DNA from: Octopus bimaculoides
Taxonomy: Eukaryota
DNA length: 33,417 nt
Direction of reading: 5' to 3'
NCBI RefSeq assembly: GCF_001194135.2
Contig: NC_068985.1
Span: 55,499,383 to 55,532,799, forward strand
The notes under the pieces were generated by a model. That model worked only from the letters and a program-made list of their open reading frames with translations, did not search any database and was not told where the DNA came from. Within the stretch, counting starts at the first letter, position 1. Every line of letters begins with the position of its first letter. The position numbers were made by a program, and so were the translations under genes. This document shows positions 1 to 11,778 of the stretch, piece after piece.

Positions 1-38
<38 letters not shown>

Positions 39-50
39 TAGATAGATAGA
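1..50. repeat. (TA)n then (GATA)n microsatellite
   Basis: Directly visible tandem repeat. Confidence 0.97.
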
Positions 51-235
51 TCAAAATTGGAATCTTAGACTTGTTGATCAGTGGGTCCACTGGTCTAGGA
101 ACCTTATTCTGATCTATAGACTCTGAAGCTTACTGCCAATAAGCAAATCCTATGTGGCCCAATGTATTGATATGTCTGGGAGCCTATAATACTGCTAAGA
201 TGGCCCTGATATATGTGTGTGTGCGTGTGTATGTA

Positions 236-3200
236 ACTGTGACGATACATAGTTATTTTCGCCACAGTCATTCATCTTTTAACAAATTCATTGGAACAAT
301 TCCTGCGATGAGCAAACCGTCAGACTTCAGGAATACACGCCGGACATGTTTGCCGATATCTTGGCTGAGTTGTCGAGTAAGGTTGAATAACTGTAGTCGC
401 ATGTAAGACGGATTCGGCTGTTGACTGAAACCAACGTAAACATAGTCACGCTACCCACTTTTCACAGGGAAGGCAAGTAGTTTTTTTATCGTCTGGCTAA
501 AGAGGCTGCGTAGCGGACGCTCTTGAAAGGAGTGAACATAGACACTTATCTCTTCGGCCAAGCAATCATCAACTCTTTTAAGTTCCACTTGAGGAGAAAC
601 GTAAATTTGGGGAGGGAGGGCAGCCTTCTAGTAAACTTCTTGAAAGGTGGGTGACCGTAGCAAACATGGCCTGAGCGAATGGGTCTAAACTCTACATGCG
701 CCTATAGATAAGGATAAACAGCTGGGAAAGGACACTTACTCTTGCAGTAATGTGTAGGAGTTTCTTAACTGGCTCTAAGTAGTGATCCATCTTTCTGCGG
801 ACTTCATCAGATATTTGTATAATTTATAAGGTCTAGAAAAGGTGGTCCAAGCATGTACCTGTTCTACCATCAAGCTGGTCAGCAAACCGCTACTGGCGGC
901 TGTTCACTACAGCAGGAGGAATACAAAGAGAAAACATGAAAGCAAGAAATATAGACTATGGGTAGGTGTATGGAATGTCAGGACACTTCTTGATCATGAA
1001 GGATCAAATAACCTTGAACGGCGAACTGGCATAATAGCCAAGGAGTTGGCTCGGTATAACATTTACATTGTTGCACTCTCTGAAACTCGGTTGAGGGATG
1101 AAGATCAATTGGCAGAAACAGGTGCTGGATACACCTTTTTTTGGAAGGGTAAACCAAAGGGTGAAAAACGAGTAGGGGGTGTTGGCTTTGCCATTCGTAC
1201 CGAGTTAACCAACAAAATAGAACAACCTATTGGTTTCAGTGATAGGACTATGTGTCTTCGAGCTCCTCTATCATGCAATCGTTTTATGACTTTTTATGCT
1301 TCTACTCTTGATAGCAGCAGTGAATCTATTATGGCTTTCTATGAAGATCTCAGATCGGTTATGATTTCGATTCTAAATGCAGATAAGATCCTCCTTCTTG
1401 GCGATTTCAACGCCCGTGTTGGATGCGATTCTGAGACCTGGGATGCACCAGGGAGACATGGTTTGGGCAAAATGAACGCTAATGGTCTCCGTCTTCTTTA
1501 GTACTAGTACTTAATGAGATCACGGAACTTGATCTCATCGTCTGCCACACTGTTTTTCATCAGAAGGATATCCATAAAGCTACCTGGACGCATCCAAGAT
1601 CCAAACATGGGCTTATTCTTGATTACCCGATGTCTGCACTGTCCAAATCATGCGAGGTGCAGAATGTGGGGCTGACCATATGCTCATACGCGGTAAACTG
1701 AAACTCCACATCATGCGTAGAATTAGATCTGGAGCAATAAAAGTCTCTAAACGTATTGATGTGTTGAAATTAAGAGACTCTAAGGTGCAAATGAATCTTA
1801 GAATTGTTATTGGAGAAGCAGAATTGATCTACAGATCTTGAAGATAAAAATAAGTTGCGCCAAAAATACCTCGGTGCCCAAGATGAGGATAAAAAGCCCT
1901 TACTACAGTCTCTCAAAAGGATAAAATTACTCCAAAGAAAGATACGACAAATGAAAAACAAATGGTGGTTGGATATTTCTGAAAAGTAAAGACAGTAAAG
2001 ATCTTAAAACAGTATATTCCTTGATCGGACAAGTGTTTGGTCCTCCATCATCATTTGTGGTACCACTCAAGTCTAAAGACGACTGATTTCTCTTCAAGGA
2101 TCCTGAAACGTAGGACTGAGCACTTTACTGATCTCTTTTATAATCCTTCAGTTATTGATGAAAATGTCATCAGTAATCTACCCCCAAAAGGATATCATTC
2201 ATGAGATGATGGTACATCCAACTATAGATGAAATCAAAAAGAATCAGAGAATTAAATACTGGGAAAGCACCAAGTCTTGACGGTATTCCTGTTGAAATTC
2301 TCCTCCACGGGAGTAATAGGCTTGCCGTAGAGATCCACCATCTAATATAAGACATCTGGTTGGGCGCGCCTGTCCCACCGGACTTGGTTGAAACCATTTT
2401 AATTTCATTGTTCAAAGGAAAAGGATCCAAATCCGAGTGTGGCAATTATAGAGGTATAAGCCTGCTTGAAATAGTCGGTAAAGTCTTTGCAAAACTTTTA
2501 CTTAATCGGCTAACAATATGGATATGCCCCTCTGTCATCCAGGAGAGTCAGTGTGGTTTTGGATCAAGTCGTGGCACAATGGATATGATTTTTCTGCTCG
2601 TCAACTCCAGAAGAAATGCATTGCACATCGCATAACTCTTTACCAGGTATTTATCGATTTGACAAAAGCCTTCGACACTGTTAATAGGACCGTTCTCTGG
2701 ACAATTCTTGGTAAACTTGGATATCCACCTCAATTTATCAACTTGTTTAAGCAACATCATAGTGATACGAAAAGCTCGTATTAACTTTAATGGGTCACTA
2801 TCGGAACCAATTTCTATCGATAACGGAGTTAAACAAGGTGATATTGCTGCTCCAACACTTTTTTCCATATATTTTACTGTAACTATCCTGCACGCTTTCC
2901 ACGACTGATATCGGCGTCTATATTCGCTTCAGAACCACAGGTAAGGTCTTTGATGTTAAACGCTTTAATGTAAAATCGAAGACATTCCAGGCCCTTGTCC
3001 TTTAAACTGATGATGTAGTTATCGTTGCTCACATCGAGGAGGACATGCAGTCTATATTGGATATTTTCTCTCGAGCTTGTATTGCTTTGGGACTTACCAT
3101 CAGTCTAAAGAAAACAAAGATCATGTTCTCTCAGCCACCAGGCTAACCCTATGTGGAACCTAACATCTTCGTCCAGGGTACAAGATTAGATGTGGTTGAC

Positions 3201-3979
3201 TCGTTCATCTACCTTGGCAACACTCTCTCTAGAGGTGGATCCCTTGATTTTGAAATTAACCTGAGAATTGAAAAAGCCAGCAAAGCATTTGGACGGCTTG
3301 AAAATCGTGTGTGGTCTGATAGAGGTATCACCTTCAAAATCAAGCTTAGTATCTATGAATCTTGCATTTTAACGGTTCTCCTGTACTCTTCTGAGACCTG
3401 GACGACATATCAGTGCCTCATCAAGGCTTTAGAAAGATTCCCTCAGACTTGCCTAAGAGGATACTAGACATCAAATGGAAGTCCTTAACACCAGATACCG
3501 TTGTTCTTCAGCAAGCTAACATATCCAGTATTGAAATGATCCTCATACGCAATCAGATGCATTGAGTTGGGCACCTTGCTAGGATGCAGGATGACAGGTT
3601 GCCAAAGCAGTTGTTTTACGGAGAGTTGTAGGGTGGCAAACGTTCGAGACATAAACCTAAGAAACGTTTCAGGGATGCTGTCAAAAGAAACATTAAGGCT
3701 CTTAAAGTGAAAGTTGAAGACTGAGAGCAGATGACACAAGATCGATCGGTTTGGAAACAAATGATCTACAATAGATGTAAAGCATTTGAAGCTCAAAGAA
3801 TTGAACAATCTATCTTGAAACGAGCGCTTCATAGATAGGACTTAACTACAATCCCAGACACTTTTCTGCTTTAAAATATTTGTAAGATCTGCAGTAGAGT
3901 TTGTTTGTCAAGAGCAGGACTTGATAGTCATATAAGATCTCATAACAGTATTTATTGATTGAAGAGATGGCAATCATCA
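236..3979 (+). mobile_element. Near full-length, decayed RTE-clade (BovB-like) non-LTR retrotransposon
   Basis: About 600 bp upstream of the ORF, then APE endonuclease, RT and C-terminal C2H2-like motifs in order, ending GAAGAGATGGCAATCATCAT (short tandem tail typical of RTE). Possible TSD TGTATGTA at 228-235 and 3980-3987, but it is low complexity, so the 5' boundary is uncertain. Confidence 0.9.
842..3958 (+). pseudogene. Disrupted RTE endonuclease/reverse transcriptase ORF
   Basis: APE motifs WNVRTL, LSETRL, GYTFFWKG, GVGFAI, GDFNARVG (842-1501). RT motifs NYRGISLL, QESQCGF, FIDLTKAFDTVNR, GVKQGDIAAPTLFSIY (2360-2900). The YADD site reads TAA-ACT-GAT-GAT (*TDD) at 3003-3014. CKICSRVCLSRAGLDSHIRSH at 3881-3943, stop at 3956-3958. 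Many stops and frameshifts. Confidence 0.93.
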
Positions 3980-4076
3980 TGTATGTATGTCATTATGCAG
4001 TTTTATTTCAAGAATTCTTCCGAATAGAGAAAGAACCAGTTACTAACCTAGATCAACAGTTCCTTCACTGAAATTC

Positions 4077-4125
4077 ATGTATGTATGTATGTATGTATGT
4101 ATGTATGTATGTATGTATGTATGTA
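4077..4125. repeat. (TATG)n microsatellite
   Basis: Directly visible. Confidence 0.97.
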
Positions 4126-4132
4126 TATATTA

Positions 4133-4323
4133 TCTTTTATGTTTTACTTGTTTCAGTCATTAGACTGCGGCCATGTTGGGGCACCACCTTGAAGAATTTT
4201 AGTCGAATGAATCGATCCCAGCACTTACATTTTTAAAGCCTGGTACTTATTCCATCGTCTTTTTTGTCGAACTCCTAATTAACAGGGACGTAAACACACT
4301 CAAACCGGTTGTCAAGTGGTGGT

Positions 4324-4390
<67 letters not shown>
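4133..4390 (-). mobile_element. SINE family A (tRNA-derived, internal microsatellite), 3' half plus (CA)n, running into a gap
   Basis: Reverse complement of the 3' half of the complete copy at 8511-8917 (TTTTACTTGTTTCAGTCATT...GGGACGTAAACAC...GGTTGTCAAG). Confidence 0.88.
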
Positions 4391-5189
4391 NNNNNNNNNN
4401 NNNNNNNNNNNNNNNNNNNNNNNNNNNNNNNNNNNNNNNNNNNNNNNNNNNNNNNNNNNNNNNNNNNNNNNNNNNNNNNNNNNNNNNNNNNNNNNNNNNN
4501 NNNNNNNNNNNNNNNNNNNNNNNNNNNNNNNNNNNNNNNNNNNNNNNNNNNNNNNNNNNNNNNNNNNNNNNNNNNNNNNNNNNNNNNNNNNNNNNNNNNN
4601 NNNNNNNNNNNNNNNNNNNNNNNNNNNNNNNNNNNNNNNNNNNNNNNNNNNNNNNNNNNNNNNNNNNNNNNNNNNNNNNNNNNNNNNNNNNNNNNNNNNN
4701 NNNNNNNNNNNNNNNNNNNNNNNNNNNNNNNNNNNNNNNNNNNNNNNNNNNNNNNNNNNNNNNNNNNNNNNNNNNNNNNNNNNNNNNNNNNNNNNNNNNN
4801 NNNNNNNNNNNNNNNNNNNNNNNNNNNNNNNNNNNNNNNNNNNNNNNNNNNNNNNNNNNNNNNNNNNNNNNNNNNNNNNNNNNNNNNNNNNNNNNNNNNN
4901 NNNNNNNNNNNNNNNNNNNNNNNNNNNNNNNNNNNNNNNNNNNNNNNNNNNNNNNNNNNNNNNNNNNNNNNNNNNNNNNNNNNNNNNNNNNNNNNNNNNN
5001 NNNNNNNNNNNNNNNNNNNNNNNNNNNNNNNNNNNNNNNNNNNNNNNNNNNNNNNNNNNNNNNNNNNNNNNNNNNNNNNNNNNNNNNNNNNNNNNNNNNN
5101 NNNNNNNNNNNNNNNNNNNNNNNNNNNNNNNNNNNNNNNNNNNNNNNNNNNNNNNNNNNNNNNNNNNNNNNNNNGATAACAGCATACCC

Positions 5190-5275
5190 CCGGCCACCAC
5201 CACCACAACCACCGCCTCCACAACCGCCGTTACTGTCATCACCGCCACAACTATCCCCACCACCACCAACCACAT
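5190..5275. repeat. Degenerate (CCA)n trinucleotide tract
   Basis: CCA/CCG/CAA variants directly visible. Confidence 0.85.
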
Positions 5276-5436
5276 CTAGTTCTGCCTTTGGCATTTACAA
5301 GATTTCATTTGTTTCTCACTGGGAACCAACCAGTCTGTGGAATTGACACATACTGTGAGTGACGTAGTAGAGGAGTGGGACAGTGTCACGGTGGATGGGG
5401 TTGTGGAGAAGAGGAGCAGTAATGACTATCTGCATA

Positions 5437-5611
5437 TGTGTGAGTGTATGTGCGTGTGTGTGTGCGTGTGTGCGTGTGTAGGCCTGTGTGTGTGTGTGTG
5501 TGATTGTATTTTTATGTATCTATATTTTATTTCATATTGACATCTCAATATACAGCAACACACACACACACAAAGCACAAACGCACACACGCACATATAT
5601 AAATACATGTA

Positions 5612-5645
<34 letters not shown>

Positions 5646-5700
5646 TATATATGTGTATATATACATATATATAGACACATATACTTAGCATATATACACT
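5437..5700. repeat. Compound (TG)n/(CA)n/(TA)n microsatellite
   Basis: Directly visible. Confidence 0.9.
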
Positions 5701-5725
5701 ATATATTTCCCGGCAGGTTCGATTC

Positions 5726-6019
5726 GGCGCAGTAGAGATTGCTCTTTCAAAGCACCGGGTGTTAAAACACCTGAAAGTCATGGATAGGCGAGACAATTCA
5801 CCAAACCTCATTCAAGAGTGATGGACATAGATGTTTCATCATTTTTGTAGCTTACCAGCATGACGGAGGTGAATAGACCGCCAGTCCACGACTTACAGGC
5901 ATATAGTGTAAAAACTACACGCTTTTATGCCCGGACAATGATACTCACCGTTGTCTCACCCATCCATGACTTTCAGGTGTTTTTACACTCGATACTTTGA
6001 GAGTAGTTTCTACCACGCC
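5726..6019. mobile_element. Foldback/MITE-like element with ~70 bp inverted arms
   Basis: Arm 5726-5796 is the reverse complement of 5951-6019; the core 5764-5796 versus 5951-5983 has 2 mismatches in 33 bp. No TSD identified. Confidence 0.6.
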
Positions 6020-7239
6020 ATGCGCAGCCTACTGGCAAACACACGGCGTTGTATGTGTGTGTGTGTAGTCGATAATGTTTTATACATATGCATATATATA
6101 ACATACATATAAATATATATATATATATGTATATATGATATATATATATATATATATATATATANNNNNNNNNNNNNNNNNNNNNNNNNNNNNNNNNNNN
6201 NNNNNNNNNNNNNNNNNNNNNNNNNNNNNNNNNNNNNNNNNNNNNNNNNNNNNNNNNNNNNNNNNNNNNNNNNNNNNNNNNNNNNNNNNNNNNNNNNNNN
6301 NNNNNNNNNNNNNNNNNNNNNNNNNNNNNNNNNNNNNNNNNNNNNNNNNNNNNNNNNNNNNNNNNNNNNNNNNNNNNNNNNNNNNNNNNNNNNNNNNNNN
6401 NNNNNNNNNNNNNNNNNNNNNNNNNNNNNNNNNNNNNNNNNNNNNNNNNNNNNNNNNNNNNNNNNNNNNNNNNNNNNNNNNNNNNNNNNNNNNNNNNNNN
6501 NNNNNNNNNNNNNNNNNNNNNNNNNNNNNNNNNNNNNNNNNNNNNNNNNNNNNNNNNNNNNNNNNNNNNNNNNNNNNNNNNNNNNNNNNNNNNNNNNNNN
6601 NNNNNNNNNNNNNNNNNNNNNNNNNNNNNNNNNNNNNNNNNNNNNNNNNNNNNNNNNNNNNNNNNNNNNNNNNNNNNNNNNNNNNNNNNNNNNNNNNNNN
6701 NNNNNNNNNNNNNNNNNNNNNNNNNNNNNNNNNNNNNNNNNNNNNNNNNNNNNNNNNNNNNNNNNNNNNNNNNNNNNNNNNNNNNNNNNNNNNNNNNNNN
6801 NNNNNNNNNNNNNNNNNNNNNNNNNNNNNNNNNNNNNNNNNNNNNNNNNNNNNNNNNNNNNNNNNNNNNNNNNNNNNNNNNNNNNNNNNNNNNNNNNNNN
6901 NNNNNNNNNNNNNNNNNNNNNNNNNNNNNNNNNNNNNNNNNNNNNNNNNNNNNNNNNNNNNNNNNNNNNNNNNNNNNNNNNNNNNNNNNNNNNNNNNNNN
7001 NNNNNNATATATATATATATATATATACATATATATCTATGTATGTATGTATGTATATACATATATATATGTGTGTGTGTGTATAATAGATAGATAGATA
7101 CAGATAGTTCGTTGATTTACGAAATACCTTTACACTTTACACTTTAAATGTACGTTTTTTGTTTATACGTAATCGCGTGATGCATCTGGACACAAGTAAT
7201 GCCTACAGGGATCATTATGTTGATCAGGCTCTAGTTTGC

Positions 7240-7640
7240 ATTCATTTAAAATGGCCACAGACAGCATTGCCCAGTCCAGGACTAACACCAACAGATCCGC
7301 AGTCACTTTGAGATAAATTCTCATGCCCTCATTGCCAACGAGATGGCTCGTCTGATATCAGGCGTGTTGTAGGCTCTGCAGAGGGACTGTCCAGTGAAAG
7401 GATCCAACCTCTCAAAGGCTGTAGTGTAGAGAGTTATCCTTCAATGTCATCGCAAGACTCTATACGAGTATGATAGCCAATGATATTTTGGGGAAGGTAT
7501 ACGCTGCATATGCATCGTGCAAGTGCAGGTATAGGGAAATTTCCACCTCCTTAAACTGCTTCATCTTGAGACTTTGCAGTCATCGAAAGGACTTCCCCAA
7601 CATCAAATGGAATATCATTGACAGCCCTCAACCCATATTT
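7240..7640 (+). pseudogene. Possible highly decayed RTE endonuclease N-terminal fragment
   Basis: Conceptual peptides SPGLTPTDPQ and ALIANEMARL (7325-7354) resemble the RTE APE segment PGL...ALIARELARL. Frames are broken and similarity is weak. Confidence 0.3.
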
Positions 7641-7959
7641 TAGGTTTATACACCTATGAATCAATTTTAAAAGTATATATCATCTCCAAACCTCTCTCTT
7701 CTCATAATTTCACATGATTTATTCGTTTTGCTTTAGTAATGGAACAACGCCATCGCAGTCGTCATTCGCAATCGAGTTTGATTTGGTAGCATGAACCGCG
7801 TTCTTGTAAATCGTTTCATGCGATTATGTAGTCGTGAGTGGACACAGACATTCTCTTGGCTCTCTTACATTTCACTCAGTGGAATATTGAAGATGTCGTA
7901 GATAGAGGGAGTGATGCACCAGCACTTGGAATACATTTATAGATGAGCATATGGCAGTA

Positions 7960-8035
7960 ACTTGAAGTGCCTTGCTCAAGGACGCAACTAACCATCCTAT
8001 CACGACTTCATGATCCTGGGTTCGATTCCTGCCTC
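7960..8035. mobile_element. SINE fragments (reverse core plus B-box-like head)
   Basis: GTGCCTTGCTCAAGGAC is the reverse of a SINE core motif; GGTTCGATTCC is a Pol III B box. Confidence 0.45.
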
Positions 8036-8203
8036 TGACGACAAGGCCGAACACAACAACCATTACACTAACTTCCTTTCTTTAAAATACATTCTCACAT
8101 TGTTTTTGGTGTCCGTCTATTATTTTTACTTCTTATTTCTCATTTTTTCTTTTGTATGTTTTCTTCTCATGGATGAAATTTTTATTTATTCACTTATTTT
8201 AAA

Positions 8204-8398
8204 GACACATGACCTAGTGATTACAGCGTTAGACGAAAGAGTGTGGTTTCGATTCCTGCACCGGGCGGTGCGTTGTGTTCTTGAGTAAAACACTTCATTT
8301 CACATTGCTCCAGTCTTCTCTGCTGTAAATTAGTTCCAGCAACAGCTGAGAAGTTTACCCTGCGACGGACTGGCATACCTTTCAGAGGGTAGTGTTTT
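8204..8398 (+). mobile_element. tRNA-derived SINE with Meta/V-SINE-like central domain
   Basis: B-box-like GGTTTCGATTCC at about 8244, then GTGTTCTTGAGTAAAACACTT and CCTGCGACGGACTGGC, motifs recalled from conserved-core SINEs. Confidence 0.6.
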
Positions 8399-9039
8399 CA
8401 GTAATACCTCGCCATATCACGGTTCACCTGTCGCAGTTTATTATTTAAGCTTACGTCGATTCCTCCGTGCTGTTGTTTTGCATTTATAATAAAATAAATA
8501 TATAAATATAGGCGCAGGAGCGGCTGTGTGGTAAGTAGCTTGCTTACCAACCACATGATTCTGGGTTCAGTCCCACTGCGTGGCACCTTGGGTAAGTGTC
8601 TTTTACTATAGCCTCGAGCCGAACAAAGCCTTGTGAGTGGATTTGGTAGACGGAATCTGAAAGAAGCCCGTCGTATATATGTATATATATGTATATGTAT
8701 GTGTGTTTGTGTGTCTGTGTTTGTCCCCCCACCATCGCTTGACAACCGATGCTGGTGTGTTTACGTCCCCGTATCTTGGCGGTTCGGCAAAAAAGAGCGA
8801 TAGAATAAGTACTAGGCTTACAAAGAATAAGTCCTGGGGTCGATTTGCTCGACTAAAGGCGGTGCTCCAGCATGGCCGCAGTCAAATGACTGAAACAAGT
8901 AAAAGAGTAAAAAAGAGTATACACAAATTATAGAAATAAAAAAATATATATACAGTACTGTACTGTTTCCACTTCGCGAACTTTCACCTACCGCGGGGTT
9001 TTTTGGAACGTAACACCCGCGATAGTCGAGGGATTACTG
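8399..9039. mobile_element. Tigger/pogo-like MITE interrupted by a SINE
   Basis: TIRs CAGTAATACCTCGCCATATCACGG (8399-8422) and CCGCGATAGTCGAGGGATTACTG (9017-9039), about 20/24 match. Subterminal TACAGTACTGTACTG and TTCGCGAACTTTCACC resemble Tigger ends. TA TSD not preserved. Confidence 0.72.
8511..8917 (+). mobile_element. SINE family A, complete copy
   Basis: tRNA-like head (TGTGGTAAG A-box-like, GGGTTCAGTCCC B box), core GGCACCTTGGGTAAGTGTC, internal (TA)/(TG) tract, 3' body ending GAAACAAGTAAAAGAG. Homologous to four other copies in the window. Confidence 0.92.
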
Positions 9040-9134
9040 CACATCTCAGTCGCTTATACCTCATGAAAAGTGGGTTAAGCTCCGACGTTACGAGCCCTAT
9101 GGGTCATCACAGACGAAGTATTTATTTTATTTAC

Positions 9135-9340
9135 ATCTTTTACTTGTTTCAGTCATTAGACTGCAGCCATGATGGGGCACCGCAATAAATAATTTTTAGT
9201 CGAATGAATCAAACCCAATACTTAATTTTGTTAAACTCGTTACTTATTCTATCGGTCTTTTTTGGCAAACCGATAAGATACGGGGACGTAAACACACCAA
9301 CACTCGCTGTCAAGTGGTGGGGGAACAGACACCAAAACAC

Positions 9341-9383
<43 letters not shown>

Positions 9384-9450
9384 TTACATATTTCTTTCAC
9401 TTTCCGTGTACCAGATCCACTCATAAGGCTTTGGTTGGTCCAAAGCTATA
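9135..9450 (-). mobile_element. SINE family A, reverse copy running into a gap
   Basis: Reverse complement of 8511-8917, including the internal (CA)/(TA) tract. Confidence 0.88.
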
Positions 9451-10433
9451 NNNNNNNNNNNNNNNNNNNNNNNNNNNNNNNNNNNNNNNNNNNNNNNNNN
9501 NNNNNNNNNNNNNNNNNNNNNNNNNNNNNNNNNNNNNNNNNNNNNNNNNNNNNNNNNNNNNNNNNNNNNNNNNNNNNNNNNNNNNNNNNNNNNNNNNNNN
9601 NNNNNNNNNNNNNNNNNNNNNNNNNNNNNNNNNNNNNNNNNNNNNNNNNNNNNNNNNNNNNNNNNNNNNNNNNNNNNNNNNNNNNNNNNNNNNNNNNNNN
9701 NNNNNNNNNNNNNNNNNNNNNNNNNNNNNNNNNNNNNNNNNNNNNNNNNNNNNNNNNNNNNNNNNNNNNNNNNNNNNNNNNNNNNNNNNNNNNNNNNNNN
9801 NNNNNNNNNNNNNNNNNNNNNNNNNNNNNNNNNNNNNNNNNNNNNNNNNNNNNNNNNNNNNNNNNNNNNNNNNNNNNNNNNNNNNNNNNNNNNNNNNNNN
9901 NNNNNNNNNNNNNNNNNNNNNNNNNNNNNNNNNNNNNNNNNNNNNNNNNNNNNNNNNNNNNNNNNNNNNNNNNNNNNNNNNNNNNNNNNNNNNNNNNNNN
10001 NNNNNNNNNNNNNNNNNNNNNNNNNNNNNNNNNNNNNNNNNNNNNNNNNNNNNNNNNNNNNNNNNNNNNNNNNNNNNNNNNNNNNNNNNNNNNNNNNNNN
10101 NNNNNNNNNNNNNNNNNNNNNNNNNNNNNNNNNNNNNNNNNNNNNNNNNNNNNNNNNNNNNNNNNNNNNNNNNNNNNNNNNNNNNNNNNNNNNNNNNNNN
10201 NNNNNNNNNNNNNNNNNNNNNNNNNNNNNNNNNNNNNNNNNNNNNNNNNNNNNNNNNNNNNNNNNNNNNNNNNNNNNNNNNNNNNNNNNNNNNNNNNNNN
10301 NNNNNNNNNNNNNNNNNNNNNNNNNNNNNNNNNNNNNNNNNNNNNNNNNNNNNNNNNNNNNNNNNNNNNNNNNNNNNNNNNNNNNNNNNNNNNNNNNNNN
10401 NNNNNNNNNNNNNNNNNNNACACACACACACAC

Positions 10434-10609
10434 AAGGCGAACTGGCAGAACTGTTGCGGTGCCAGCAAAATTGCATAACGGTATTCTTCCGACTTTGCCC
10501 TTTGCCTTTCATCCTTCCAGAGTCGATAAAATTAGTTGCAGTTGAGCACTGGAGTCGATATAATCGATTTTCCCACTCCCTCGAAATCGCTTGTGCCAAA
10601 ATTTGAAAC
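10434..10609 (+). mobile_element. SINE family B (Nin-domain-like), internally deleted
   Basis: AAGGCGAACTGGCAGAA head, GCCTTTCATCCTT...GTCGATAAAA core, CTTGTGCCAAAATTTGAAAC tail; B-box region missing. Confidence 0.85.
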
Positions 10610-10620
10610 ACACACACACA

Positions 10621-11777
10621 CATCGGTGTGCAGTATTTCGATCCCATTGGTGAAGAAACTTTCATTTTGGTAGTTAAAAAAGTGACCAACAGCAGGTATA
10701 AAGTCATCATCATTGCGGTACTAGCTCCCAGCCAAGTGTTTGTTCATGTTGGGGAGCAAATGATAATCAGATGGGGCAAAATCAGGAGAATAGGGAGAGT
10801 TATCAATCATTTCAAAACCACAGTCATCCACAGCAACCATTGAAATCAAGGTCTTGTGTGCTGGAGCATTGTCCTGATGAAACAAGACCTCTTCCGTCAG
10901 TTTTCCTGGACGTTTGGTCTTGATATCCTTTCGTAACAGCATCAGTAAGTTGGCATAGTACTCTCCATTGATGGTGTGGCCCTTTTGAAGATAGTCAATT
11001 AAAACAATGACTTTTTGCATCCCCAAAACCTGACGCCATCACCTTCTATTCAAATAAAACAACCCTGGCGTTCTTTGGAGCAGGTCAGGAGGGATGTCTC
11101 TACTGCATGGATTGTCACTTTGTTTCTGGCTCAAAATGATGTATCCAACCCTCATCCTGGGTTAGGAAACGTTCAAGGAAACCAGCTGGATCTATCTCAA
11201 ACAACGTAAGATTTTCCCGTGGTGTGATCAGCCTGGCGCGCTTTTGATCAGGTATCAGAAGACATGGCACTCACCGAACAGAAACGTTCGTCATGCTAAG
11301 TTCATTGTGCAGAATATTCTCAACTCTCTTAGGGGATAGGCTTATAGCATTGGATATTTGATTTATAGTTAGTCGCCAATCATCCATCATCTTATGGTGA
11401 ATATCGTCAATGTTTCCTCGATGGTGGCAGTTTCAGGACGTCAGAGCTTAAGTCATCTTCAAGACTCCCCCTTCTCCTCTTAAATTCAGCTACCCACTTT
11501 TGCACTGTTGACAAAGCTGGAGCATCATCCCCTAATGTTGCAACCATGTCAGTATGAATGCCCTTCGAGGTTAAACCCTTTTCTGCTGGGACTTGATAAC
11601 ACGACGATGCCAAGTTCTGTCCATTTTCGAGAGAAGTCACCCTAGTTACACCTGAAGTCTTTTTTGACAGGTCAGATGTCACTTTACCTGGGAAGAACCA
11701 ACGCCGTTATTAATAAGATTTCACAGTTCTTGCATCACTCCTTCATAGTCAGCCTATAAACTTTTCAGCCCACCCAC

Positions 11778-11778
<1 letters not shown>
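10621..11778 (-). mobile_element. Mariner (DD34D) transposon, decayed and 3'-truncated
   Basis: Minus-strand peptides DAPALSTVQKWVAEFKR, *VPCLL (WVPRLL motif), TQDEGWIHHFEPE, HQDNAPAH, YSPDFAPSDYHL. TIR CGTGGGTGGGCTGAAAAGTTTATAGG next to TA at 11779-11780. Second TIR absent. Confidence 0.93.

Noticed and set aside
775-810. Minus-strand CTGATGA...GAAA hammerhead-like motif in the RTE leader
   Set aside because: Stem II does not pair, and no NUH triplet follows a valid stem III.
5175-5346. Proline-rich peptide PPPPQPPPPQPP
   Set aside because: Translation of a degenerate (CCA)n tract beside a gap, with no splice or homology support.
4275-10713. Long ORFs of 250-430 aa in the ORF track (also at 23892-24471, 25911-26804, 27796-28889 and 31749-32886)
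   Set aside because: They are open only because they cross N gaps and dinucleotide repeats (THTH, YIYI, CVCV).
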